DNA of 47,782 nt from Oculatellaceae cyanobacterium bins.114 (GTDB lineage: Bacteria > Cyanobacteriota > Cyanobacteriia > Elainellales > Elainellaceae), in contig JANRJA010000186.1 in NCBI GenBank assembly GCA_033764315.1, forward strand, positions 1 through 47,782, given 5' to 3'. Under the pieces are notes generated by a model. The model was not told where the DNA came from. It ran no database searches and saw only the letters and a list, made by a program, of their open reading frames with translations. Position numbers and translations under genes: made by a program. Shown here piece after piece: positions 9,518 to 18,875 of this stretch. Every line of letters begins with the position of its first letter. Within the stretch, counting starts at the first letter, position 1.

Positions 9518-11023
9518 ATGATCATTGATGACCAATACTATGACGTAATTATTATCGGGACTGGTGCAGGTGGCGGCACTCTAGCCCGAAAATTGGCACC
9601 TACGGGTAAAAAGATTTTGCTGCTCGATCGAGGAGATCTGATCTATCGGGAAAGCTCAGAGTTGGTTGATACAGAAGTTTTTAAGAAGGAGCAATTTCAT
9701 GCTGCCGAAACCTGGTATGACGCCGAGGGAGAACCGTTTTATCCACAAACCTATTATGCGGTAGGAGGCAATACTAAAATCTGGAGTGGGGTTTTACAAC
9801 GATGGCGTGAGCGTGACTTTGAGCAAGTGCAACATCAAGGGGGCATGTCTCCTGCATGGGCATTAAAGTATCAGGACTTTGAGCCTTACTATGTAGAAGC
9901 TGAAACGTTGTATCAAGTGCACGGCAAGCTTGAAGACGACCCCACCGAACCGCCCCACAGCAGTGCCTATCCCTTTTCAGAAGTTGCCCATGAGCCTATG
10001 TTGCAAAGCATTAGAGACTCTCTCTTGCAGCAGGGGTTGCATCCTGTTCATTTGCCGCTAGGGTTGAGCGATCGCGGTCGTAGCGATGCCGAAGACACCG
10101 GAGTTAGTCCCATTCTCAACTGTGAAAATGTGACACTCAAGACCTCAGCCCAAGTTATTTCCCTGCATACCAACCCATCTGGCTCAGAGATCAAAGCGGT
10201 TGAGGCAAAAATAGGTGAACAGTCCTATCTGTTTCTAGGCGATATTGTGGTGCTTGCCTGTGGTGCTATAAACTCAGCCGCTTTGTTGCTGCGCTCTGCG
10301 AATGAAAAGCATCCCAACGGCATTGCTAATAGCTCTGGGCAAGTGGGACGAAATTTGATGAAACAATTGCTGTCGGTTGTGGTGCAGCTAACGTCTAGTG
10401 CTAATTCTGGATCATTTTCCCGCACTCTAGGGTTGAATGATTTTTACTGGGGAGACAAGGATTTTCCTTATCCGATGGGTCATGTACAAAATTCTGGGGG
10501 CATTTTTCAAGATGTCATTTTTGCAGAAGCACCCCCGATCTTATCGGCATTGTCTAGGCTGATGCCTAATTTTGGATTGCGGCAGTTGGCAACTCACTCA
10601 ATTGGGTGGTGGCTAAAAACAGAAGATTTGCCCCATCCTAACAATCGTGTTCGCTATGTAGGAGATAAATTACGCATTGACTACACAGCCAATAATGTAG
10701 AGGCACACGATCGCCTGGTATATCGATGGATTGATGTCCTAAAAAATGTCGAAGCAACTCAACCGTCTGCTTTCAATCGTACGACCCATCCCCGCAGCGA
10801 TATGCCGGTTCAAGTAGTGGCGCATCAGTGCGGCACCTGCCGATTTGGAGAAGACCCAGCCACTTCAGTGTTAAATCTAGATTGCCGAACCCACGAAGTG
10901 CAAAACCTTTACGTTGTAGATAGCAGTTTCTTTCCCTCAAATGCCAGTGTTAGCCCTGGTCTAACAGTCATTGCTAATGCGTTGCGGGTAGGCAACCATC
11001 TAATTAAACAACTGATGGCTTAA
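9518..11023 (+). CDS. GMC family FAD oxidoreductase
   Basis: IIGTGAGGG FAD-binding motif, VGGNTK, AHQCGTCRFG, NLYVVDSSFFP. Confidence 0.9.
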   Translation: MIIDDQYYDVIIIGTGAGGGTLARKLAPTGKKILLLDRGDLIYRESSELVDTEVFKKEQFHAAETWYDAEGEPFYPQTYYAVGGNTKIWSGVLQRWRERDFEQVQHQGGMSPAWALKYQDFEPYYVEAETLYQVHGKLEDDPTEPPHSSAYPFSEVAHEPMLQSIRDSLLQQGLHPVHLPLGLSDRGRSDAEDTGVSPILNCENVTLKTSAQVISLHTNPSGSEIKAVEAKIGEQSYLFLGDIVVLACGAINSAALLLRSANEKHPNGIANSSGQVGRNLMKQLLSVVVQLTSSANSGSFSRTLGLNDFYWGDKDFPYPMGHVQNSGGIFQDVIFAEAPPILSALSRLMPNFGLRQLATHSIGWWLKTEDLPHPNNRVRYVGDKLRIDYTANNVEAHDRLVYRWIDVLKNVEATQPSAFNRTTHPRSDMPVQVVAHQCGTCRFGEDPATSVLNLDCRTHEVQNLYVVDSSFFPSNASVSPGLTVIANALRVGNHLIKQLMA

Positions 11024-11036
11024 ACAAAAAATCAGT

Positions 11037-11091
11037 AATCAGTTGTGAGATGGGCAGGATACGCCCCTCACAACTCATTTGAGATTGTTAT
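11037..11091. repeat. Partial TATAGC-family MITE-like element
   Basis: ATCAGTTGTGAG...CTCACAACTCATTTGAGATTGTTAT matches the copy at 11542-11609. Confidence 0.65.
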
Positions 11092-11094
11092 GGC

Positions 11095-11198
11095 TATACC
11101 GATTTAGACGGGTTTTTGGGTAAATTGGAATTTAGGAGGGGCTTGGCACTGCCAAACCCGTACCAAAATCTGTCATGTTTTCAATTCAAATTGGTATT
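11095..11198. repeat. Dispersed repeat with REP-like internal hairpin
   Basis: ATACCGATTT / AAATTGGTAT ends, internal GGGCTTGGCACTGCCAAACCC palindrome. Confidence 0.55.
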
Positions 11199-11541
11199 AC
11201 CTCATTTCTACTGTTTAGGAGGAGTCTGAACATCGGGCGAAGTTGGAGTAACTCGTTTCACAGGCTTAGAGCTTTGAGGATTAGAATCTTGAGGCGGTTT
11301 AGCACCCGTTTGATAAGGAATAGAAAATTTAGATTTCATAGAAGTAAGAGCATTTTTTGTTGAATATATCTCAACCTAACGGATTGAATACTTAAGTTGG
11401 CTCTATCTCAAGCATTGTAATTTAAGAGGTTCTATTGATAGTAGTTCCATCATCCGACATATCTTCCTTCAAAAGTCTTAGTCATTAAGAGAACCGTTTC
11501 CACAAGCTACACTACACCAATTCATCTGCAAATAGTCAATC

Positions 11542-11609
11542 TATAGCAGTACTAGATCAGTTATGAGCTGATCAGAGTCACCTCTCATAACTCATTTGAG
11601 ATTGTTATA
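11542..11609. repeat. TATAGC-family MITE-like element
   Basis: TATAGCAGTACTAGATCAGTTATGAG...CTCATAACTCATTTGAGATTGTTATA; reverse orientation relative to the 35197 and 44398 copies. Confidence 0.7.
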
Positions 11610-11844
11610 TACATTTAGAGCTGAGCAAAATGAAAAGAAAAATAAGTGTAAATACCAGCTTTTTCCCTTAACTCAAATAACCTCTACAAAAACATCTCAG
11701 TATTATGTAGATTCACAAAAAATAGAGAGTGGAAATACGGACGTAGACTCTTAAAATTAAAGATTCCGTCAATCCTGAAAAGGAGTCCAGCACCTCCAAG
11801 AAAATCAGGGAATTCTAGAGCCATATCTTTCAAATGCACTCATC

Positions 11845-14748
11845 ATGGCTGTCGATCTTGCCGGAAATTCAATAGGTCAAGCAAGTTCCTTAAATCTCAC
11901 CTCTAACTCTGCCACTTTTAGAGATCAGCTTAGCAGCCAAGATAAAAATGACTACTTGCGTTTTAGCCTTGGTAGTCGTAGCAGCATTTTTGTGAGTTTG
12001 AGTGGTTTAAGGGCAGATGCAAATCTTCAACTGCTCAGTGCCTCTGGTGAAGTCCTGAAAACCTCAGCCCGTCCTCGCAACAATGCTGAGCAAGTTTTAG
12101 CCATTCTGAATGCTGGAACATACTACTTGCGAGCCTATACAACAGCTCGTAAAGCCAACACCTCTTACACCCTGCGGGCAACCACTACCCCGCTGACGTT
12201 ACCTCAGACCATTCCCAGCTACCAGCGTTATACCTTTAAATATAGCTATGGCAACGGTGATTACTACACAGGTTATGGTTATGCCGCTAATGGAACCTAT
12301 GCATCTGGGCAATGGTTGTATGACAATGCGCCCAATGAAACAGGCAATTATGGATTTTATCAAATCACGTCTCTAGATACCTTATCGAATAGCTCAGGCA
12401 TCGATACGGTAAACACGGTGTGGGTTACAAATTACTACAACAGCGAAGATAGTACCCATTACACACCGAGTAACAGCACTGGGACAAACGGGTTAGGCAG
12501 TGAAAGTGGCTATCTGATCAGTTCAGATGCCAGTTCCTATTTTAGAGGTCGAGCAAACGAAGCTGATATTACATCGATCGCCATTCCTCAAATCACGGTT
12601 AGCAGTCCAACGGCCAATCATCGCCTCAATCCAGGAGCTAGCTATTCGATCAGTTGGACGGATAATTTAAGTGAAAATGTCAAAATTGATCTGTACAAAG
12701 GCAACGCTTATTTCAGCACAATTGCACCACTTGTTGCGAGTACTGGTAACTACGTTTGGACATTACCAACAAACATAATCAGTGGTGCCGACTTTCAAAT
12801 TAGAATCAGCAGTGTGAATACTAACACTATTTTCGATGATAGTGACGGGTATTTTAGTATTGTTCCGATCGACAACGCTGGCGATAGTTTAGCGACTGCT
12901 AGAGTGATATCACCCAGTACGACAGTTGCTCAATTGAGTGATTGGGTGGGTGCTTTAGATATAAATGATTACTATGCGTTCAATATCAGCAATACTAGCA
13001 ATTTCAGCTTAGCCCTCAACGGACTGACGGCTGATGCTAATGTGCAATTGCTAAATAGCAGTGGTGTTGCGCTGCAAAGCTCAATGAATGCAGGCACCAC
13101 ATCCGAGTCAATCACTCGTCAATTGACATCTGGAACCTATTATTTACGCGTTTCACCCGGCAGTGGAGCAGATGCAAACTATACTCTAGCTGTTTCTGCA
13201 ACTCCGGCTTCTACAGCTACGATTGACCTCTCAGGAACTTTCTTAGATGCCCCAACGACTCTAACCGCCGGTAATAATGTTCCGGTGAGCTTTCGAGTAC
13301 AAAACTCCGGTAATACCAATACGGGCAGTTTTTGGGTTGGGTTTTATGTGTCTCGTGATGCCGTTATCACCAATGGCGATCGCCTCTTGGGTTCCTATCA
13401 AATCAATAACTTAGCCGCAGGTGCCACCACAGCCACTCTAACGAGTACGGCGGCAACCCTACCCATCGCCACTGATCCTTTCTGGTCGGGAAACGGTACC
13501 TATTACATCGGTATGCTGGTGGACTCGACAGGGGCGATCGTTGAAACCAATGAAACGAATAACTGGAATCGGGGTACGGGGATTGATCTCGATAGTGTTG
13601 CCATTACAGTTGGAGATTGGTTTGACCTCAATATTCAAGATGTAGGACTGCGGACAGCAGCCCGAACCCGCTTTAATGACCAGATCTTTGATCGCAGCGA
13701 CATGATCGCCATTCTGCAAGACGTCAAGGATGGGAGTGTGATTGATACAACCGAGTTTGGAGATCTGCAAACCCTGGTTGCTAACGTCACCTACATTGCT
13801 ATGCCAGAGTATGTGCGGGTGTTATCGAAGAAAGTAGTGAATGGGAATACGGCAAACCAATGGTATCAGGGAAATCTCTTAGGCAATCTTTACGCTGGTA
13901 GTAGTGCCACTCAACTACAAACGTTGATCGACAAGTGGTTCTTTGGACTCGATCGCCCCACAGCACCCACAGGCTTCACCATGAGTTACCAACTTGCATC
14001 AGGTAATTTATTTGGTAACGATGGCGTGTTTGCCTATCAAGATATTAATCAGGGATATCTGGGAGATTGTTATTTCTTAGCCTCTTTAGCGGCAAATGCA
14101 GCGGAACGTCCGTCCATCATTCGGAATATGTTTATTGATAACGGAGACGGCACTTTTACAGTGCGGTTTTATGGACAGCATGATGGTCAGGTGACAACGG
14201 CAGCAGACTATGTGACAGTTGACCGTTATCTACCAACTAACGTGTCCAGTAATGGCTATACTGGACAACGCTTTGCCGAGTATGACAGTGCCAATATAGG
14301 ATTATGGGTTGCGCTAGCAGAAAAAGCCTATGCCCAATTTGCTGAACAAAATCTGATCGACCAAGACTCAGCTGTAAACAGCTATGGCTCGATTGTCGGC
14401 GGCAATGGCTTCCGGGCAATGCCTTCGATTTCTGGCATTAGTGGTGGATTATATTCTGACATTAACTACGTCGGGCGAGTAGGAACTTTTCCAACGGCGT
14501 CTACGATGAGCAATCTGCTAGCCGCAGGAACACCGTTGCTAGCAGGTTCGATCTCAAACCCTAACTTGGGCATCTATGGCAACCACCAATACATGATTGT
14601 GAGTGTAAACACCTTGAGTCAGTCTCTGTTGCTATACAACCCTCATGGACAGACTTGGTTTCCTCCTGCTGGTGAAGATACCAACGGGTTTAGAACGATC
14701 TCCTATGTCGATTTCAAAGCCAATTTTGACACAGTGGAATATGCCTGA
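11845..14748 (+). CDS. Multidomain protein: PPC x2, Ser/Thr-rich Ig-like domain, CARDB, C-terminal calpain-like (peptidase C2) domain
   Basis: PPC motifs (DYYAF...ADANVQLL...GTYYLRV), CARDB (GTYYIGMLVD...ETNETNN), catalytic QGYLGDCYFLA, NHQY, YNPHG. Confidence 0.8.
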   Translation: MAVDLAGNSIGQASSLNLTSNSATFRDQLSSQDKNDYLRFSLGSRSSIFVSLSGLRADANLQLLSASGEVLKTSARPRNNAEQVLAILNAGTYYLRAYTTARKANTSYTLRATTTPLTLPQTIPSYQRYTFKYSYGNGDYYTGYGYAANGTYASGQWLYDNAPNETGNYGFYQITSLDTLSNSSGIDTVNTVWVTNYYNSEDSTHYTPSNSTGTNGLGSESGYLISSDASSYFRGRANEADITSIAIPQITVSSPTANHRLNPGASYSISWTDNLSENVKIDLYKGNAYFSTIAPLVASTGNYVWTLPTNIISGADFQIRISSVNTNTIFDDSDGYFSIVPIDNAGDSLATARVISPSTTVAQLSDWVGALDINDYYAFNISNTSNFSLALNGLTADANVQLLNSSGVALQSSMNAGTTSESITRQLTSGTYYLRVSPGSGADANYTLAVSATPASTATIDLSGTFLDAPTTLTAGNNVPVSFRVQNSGNTNTGSFWVGFYVSRDAVITNGDRLLGSYQINNLAAGATTATLTSTAATLPIATDPFWSGNGTYYIGMLVDSTGAIVETNETNNWNRGTGIDLDSVAITVGDWFDLNIQDVGLRTAARTRFNDQIFDRSDMIAILQDVKDGSVIDTTEFGDLQTLVANVTYIAMPEYVRVLSKKVVNGNTANQWYQGNLLGNLYAGSSATQLQTLIDKWFFGLDRPTAPTGFTMSYQLASGNLFGNDGVFAYQDINQGYLGDCYFLASLAANAAERPSIIRNMFIDNGDGTFTVRFYGQHDGQVTTAADYVTVDRYLPTNVSSNGYTGQRFAEYDSANIGLWVALAEKAYAQFAEQNLIDQDSAVNSYGSIVGGNGFRAMPSISGISGGLYSDINYVGRVGTFPTASTMSNLLAAGTPLLAGSISNPNLGIYGNHQYMIVSVNTLSQSLLLYNPHGQTWFPPAGEDTNGFRTISYVDFKANFDTVEYA

Positions 14749-14786
14749 TGCACCAAACTTGATGCACCAAAAGTAGAGCTTGTAAA

Positions 14787-14875
14787 CGGAGAGGGAGGGA
14801 TTCGAACCCTCGGATACCCCTAAAGGCATCAACAGATTAGCAATCTGCCGCTTTCGACCACTCAGCCACCTCTCC
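14787..14875 (-). tRNA. trnS: tRNA-Ser(GCT)
   Basis: GGAGAGGTGGCTGAGTGGTCGAAAGCGGCAGATTGCTAATCTG...GGTTCGAATCCCTCCCTCTCCG; long variable arm; no encoded CCA. Confidence 0.97.
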
Positions 14876-15118
14876 AAAGTGACGGAACACCATCATAACA
14901 GATTTAGGAAGCGAAGGCGAAACTTGCGTCAAGGAAAAAGAAAAAAAGGAGCCAGGACTAGGAAAAGGAGCCAGAGAGAAGACGACATGAAGGATGAACG
15001 ATGGGAAAAGGGGTAGATAGCTTTGCAGCATCTCTCTTTCACTCTCTTGTCATTCCACTGGCTCACCATCCCGTCATTATCTGATCTCAACCCTCAAGTC
15101 CTGGCGGCTCTTTGTCCC

Positions 15119-16306
15119 TCAAGGCAGCACATCTTTAGGGTCAAAGCCTCGGACTTGCAGGTGTTTATTCCAATTCCATTTCTCTAAGAAAAATTGTTTT
15201 GTGACTAAATATCCCTGTCGATACAAAATATTTTTTTTGGTTGTCGAAAGGTCAAATTCGGTGGCGGTGACGTTAGCGGTCGTGACATCAATGTTAATCA
15301 CGCGCCCCTCATCTCGTTGGTTGAGGTGATAGCGATCGCGAGCCACCATCATCGTTTTAAACATGCCTCCCAACAAACCAAAGGGGCCAGTAATGTTGTT
15401 TGATCGCCTAACGCTATCTTCCACTAAGCGAAAGCCAAAGGTAGGCCAGCGAGGGCATTTTTTAGGACTGGCTTTTGAAGCTTCGTTATTGACAGCTTTG
15501 GCAGCAGGAGGTTGCACATCATAGAGCCACAAGGGGAAATTGCTGAGAATTCCTCCATCAACAATCTTGCGTTTGCGATCGCCCAATTCTCCCGGTTCAA
15601 AAAAGAGGGGGATGCTCATGGATAGGCGCACTGCTTCTGCAATGGGGAAGTCATCTGGAGTTTTTAGGTTCAATTGCTCTTGCAGCGATCGCCCTTTGGG
15701 ATCATCGTAATCAGGGAACACCAGGTCATCTGGTATGACTAACATCTCGCCCTGGCTAATATCTGAGATTACGACTTTGAGTTCTAAATCCCCTGAGTTA
15801 GCTTTGATGTCTGAAAAAGTGGCTAGCCCCCGTTTCTTCAAATTGCTATCTAGCCAAGCGCGAAACGGTTCTGACGAGTATTGCCCTAATTTTCGGGCTG
15901 CCAGCAAAAACAGCATCATTTGAACGGGCGATCGCAAGTCATCCGCAGGATTGCCATTTAGAATCAACCAGCTCGTTTTTTGGGTGAGGAACTGCATAAA
16001 GTCCATACCACCTACCACTCTTTCTAACTCATCAATCTCAAAGTTAGCGGCTACAAACGCGGCTGTAATCGCACCGGCTGAAGTGCCAGCTAATTTGCGC
16101 CAGCGGAACCCTAAATCAGAACAACACCGCAACGCTCCTAGAAAGGCAATTCCTCGAACTCCACCCCCCTCAAACACGCCATCAATATAAATTTGGCCGT
16201 CTTGAGCGGAAGGAGGAGGCATCCGCGAGAGAATAGCCGCTTTTTCGTCAGAGGTCAGCCGCAGGCCAGGTTCACTTAAAACTCTCTCAAAACTCCAATC
16301 TGCCAT
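15119..16306 (-). CDS. Patatin-like phospholipase
   Basis: GGGVRG, GTSAG nucleophile, DGG motifs. Confidence 0.9.
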   Translation of the reverse strand: MADWSFERVLSEPGLRLTSDEKAAILSRMPPPSAQDGQIYIDGVFEGGGVRGIAFLGALRCCSDLGFRWRKLAGTSAGAITAAFVAANFEIDELERVVGGMDFMQFLTQKTSWLILNGNPADDLRSPVQMMLFLLAARKLGQYSSEPFRAWLDSNLKKRGLATFSDIKANSGDLELKVVISDISQGEMLVIPDDLVFPDYDDPKGRSLQEQLNLKTPDDFPIAEAVRLSMSIPLFFEPGELGDRKRKIVDGGILSNFPLWLYDVQPPAAKAVNNEASKASPKKCPRWPTFGFRLVEDSVRRSNNITGPFGLLGGMFKTMMVARDRYHLNQRDEGRVINIDVTTANVTATEFDLSTTKKNILYRQGYLVTKQFFLEKWNWNKHLQVRGFDPKDVLP

Positions 16307-16431
16307 CAAATCTCTCCACTAGCCTTAGCTCTAGAACAATCCTATTTTCTAGAGCATCTCACAGGCATTCATAACACAGCAAATCTGCCAACTCTCTTAA
16401 TGATTAATGATCAATCAATGACCAAAAGTTT

Positions 16432-17640
16432 CTACCCTTTTACTCTTTCACTTAACTCAATTGCTTGATTGATCGTTAATCGGGGTAATCGATGTTTAAA
16501 GCCACAGAGGATTTCCCAGGAGATAGTTCCCAGAGCAGTTGCCCAGTCTTCGACCAAAAGCCGATGTCTGGAAGCATCACCCCCATCTTGCCCTAAGAGG
16601 GTCACGACTTCGCCCACTTGCAAATCGGGAATTGCACTGACATCAAGCATTAACTGATCCATTGTGATTGCCCCAATTTGGGATACACGTTGTCCTCGAA
16701 TCAACACGCTTAGACGGTTTGACAGATTGCGGGGAACACCATCAGCGTAGCCGATCCCAACAACGGCTAAAAGCAGATCGTGATCAGCTATAAATTTGTA
16801 GCCATAGCTTACTCCGGTGCCTGCTGGAATGGGTTTGATTTGAGTTACCCGAGCTTTGACCTGGAGCACAGGTTTAAGGGAAACGGTTGCAGCTAAGTGA
16901 GGAGCCGGATGTAACCCATATAGCCCTAAACCCACTCGCACAAGGTCATAGTGTAAGGCTGGGTTGGCTAATGTCGCCGCTGAGTTAGCTAGATGTAGCC
17001 GTGGAGGTTGAATGCCAACCGCTCGAATCTGAGCGATCGCCTCTTGAAAGCGATGATGTTGTAACTGCATGGTGGTAGGGTCAGGATCATCGGCAGTTGC
17101 CAGATGGGAATAAACACTGGCGATGTGTAAGTGGGGCGATCGCTGTACCCATTGAGCAAACTCGGCTGCTTCTTGCCAGGGAGCACCTAAACGCGACATC
17201 CCCGTGTCAATTTTGAGGTGAACGGGTAAGGGATGGCTCAGCGACATATCCTCTAATGCCTCAGAAAATACCAATGCCTGTTTTGCGGTGCAAAGGGTAG
17301 GTTGCAATTGCCATTGGGCGATCGCCCTCACCTGATCGGCTGTGTTAGCGGCTCCTAACAACAAAATTGGGGCTTGAATGCCCGCTCCTCGCAGTTCAAT
17401 TCCCTCTGGAATCGTTGCTACCCCCAACCACGTTGCTCCGTGGTGCAGAGCTGTTTTGGCAATTGTCACCGCTCCATGACCATAAGCATCGGCTTTGACG
17501 ACTGCCATTAGCTCTGTGTTGGGCGACACCTTTTGTCTTAACTGCTGCACATTGTGAGCCAACGCAGCTAGGTCAATCTCAATCCAGGCGCGATCGCGCT
17601 GCATTGAGGTCAAACTTGGCGTATGTTCCCAACTCAACAT
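16432..17640 (-). CDS. alr: Alanine racemase
   Basis: AVVKADAYGHG, HLKIDTGMSRLG, GYADG; start set at ATG 17640. Confidence 0.95.
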   Translation of the reverse strand: MLSWEHTPSLTSMQRDRAWIEIDLAALAHNVQQLRQKVSPNTELMAVVKADAYGHGAVTIAKTALHHGATWLGVATIPEGIELRGAGIQAPILLLGAANTADQVRAIAQWQLQPTLCTAKQALVFSEALEDMSLSHPLPVHLKIDTGMSRLGAPWQEAAEFAQWVQRSPHLHIASVYSHLATADDPDPTTMQLQHHRFQEAIAQIRAVGIQPPRLHLANSAATLANPALHYDLVRVGLGLYGLHPAPHLAATVSLKPVLQVKARVTQIKPIPAGTGVSYGYKFIADHDLLLAVVGIGYADGVPRNLSNRLSVLIRGQRVSQIGAITMDQLMLDVSAIPDLQVGEVVTLLGQDGGDASRHRLLVEDWATALGTISWEILCGFKHRLPRLTINQAIELSERVKG

Positions 17641-17824
17641 ATCCCCATCACTCCTAAACCACGCACACCAGTCGATTATCAACTCAAACCCTGATCGCTC
17701 TGGGGGTTGGGGGTTTATAAGCTCGTCTTTATAAAAATCCTGAGCCTCTAACCTTGCACAACTCCGTAGAGTGGGTGCCAACTATGTTACTATCGATGAA
17801 ACAATTCTTCTCAATCAGCCATCG

Positions 17825-18322
17825 ATGGGCAAGGTTCTGGTGCTAAACGCCTCCTACGAACCGCTCAATATTACGAGTTGGCGACGAGCGGTCGTGTTGC
17901 TGATCAAAGGGAAGGCAGAACAGGTTGAGCATAATGGTAAGCTCGTCTATGGCAAATTGCCTCTGCCCTCAGTGATCCGTCTGCGTCATTATGTCCGGGT
18001 GCCCTACAAAGAGATTCCCCTGACTCGTCGCAATATCCTTCATCGGGATGGTCACTCGTGTCAATACTGTGGTTACGCTGGAGATGAGCTAACGCTTGAT
18101 CACGTCATTCCGCGATCGCGTGGAGGGGGTGATTCTTGGGAGAACATCGTTACGGCTTGTGTCAGGTGTAATGTCAAAAAGGGCAGCCGCACCCCCAAAG
18201 AAGCGAATATGCTATTGCGCCATCCGCCCCATCGACCTCACAGTGGGTTGTATTTTGAGGTCACTAAGCATATTAAGAGTGGTGTGCATCAAGAATGGCA
18301 AAAGTACGTTATCGGTATCTAA
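17825..18322 (+). CDS. HNH endonuclease (conserved cyanobacterial McrA-like)
   Basis: VLVLNASYEPL, CQYCG, TLDHVIPRSRGG..WENIVTACVRCN. Confidence 0.9.
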   Translation: MGKVLVLNASYEPLNITSWRRAVVLLIKGKAEQVEHNGKLVYGKLPLPSVIRLRHYVRVPYKEIPLTRRNILHRDGHSCQYCGYAGDELTLDHVIPRSRGGGDSWENIVTACVRCNVKKGSRTPKEANMLLRHPPHRPHSGLYFEVTKHIKSGVHQEWQKYVIGI

Positions 18323-18462
18323 CTCATGTCGCTGTGGTTAGCAGTTAATTTGCATTGTTGTGTATTGCCCACAACCCTCGTAATCCCCTGTTGAGACGCT
18401 GCTCTGGTTCTTGTCACAGCAAGTCTTGGTTCCCTGACATGCAGTGTGGCTATTCAATTGAC

Positions 18463-18587
18463 TTAGTCTATTTAAGTCACACTAGTCAATCTAGGTCACA
18501 CTAGTCGATCTAGGTCACAATTGATCTCAACTCTGGGTCAAACTCTGGGGAATGTTTTATCAGGCTGGTAGCTATCAGACTGGTACT
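18463..18587. repeat. Cluster of short tandem repeats
   Basis: 3x 19-bp (C/T)TAGTCnAT(C/T)TA(A/G)GTCACA at 18463-18519, then 2x AACTCTGGG and 2x TATCAG(G/A)CTGGTA. Confidence 0.8.
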
Positions 18588-18875
18588 GAGATAGCTTAAC
18601 TCCTGGCTGACGCTGGAACGGCCAAGAGGTTGAGAGTCATCCAAGCTAGGTTAAAACAGGTTATTCACCGTTAGGCAACTGTTTGATATGAAAGATTTTC
18701 TAATTCTCAGTCTGTTTATTTCAATAGATTTGAAAGATTTGAATCGATAGATAGGGTGTTGGTTCTTACTTTTTTTGCGAAGATCAAGAAGCCATCCTTT
18801 ATCACACGGTCAATCACTTAGCTGTGTCCCTTAACAAGCAGGTTTATCCTGAGCTTTAACACCTCATTGCTTTAT

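Noticed and set aside
14632..15031. Small minus-strand ORFs near the tRNA
   Set aside because: Overlap tRNA-Ser and low-complexity purine-rich DNA
14787..16306. Patatin next to a tRNA as a CBASS/defence island
   Set aside because: No CD-NTase, integrase or duplicated tRNA 3' end; the gene is HIP1-rich like native DNA
17641..17824. Overlapping long starts of alr and HNH in the ORF track
   Set aside because: Conserved N-termini start at 17640 and 17825, leaving a normal divergent promoter region
17825..18322. HNH gene as IscB/Cas9-like or homing element
   Set aside because: Short, no RuvC motifs, no associated ncRNA or array; matches the common cyanobacterial HNH beside alr
18463..18587. Possible CRISPR array
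   Set aside because: Repeats are contiguous with no unique spacers, and there are no cas genes
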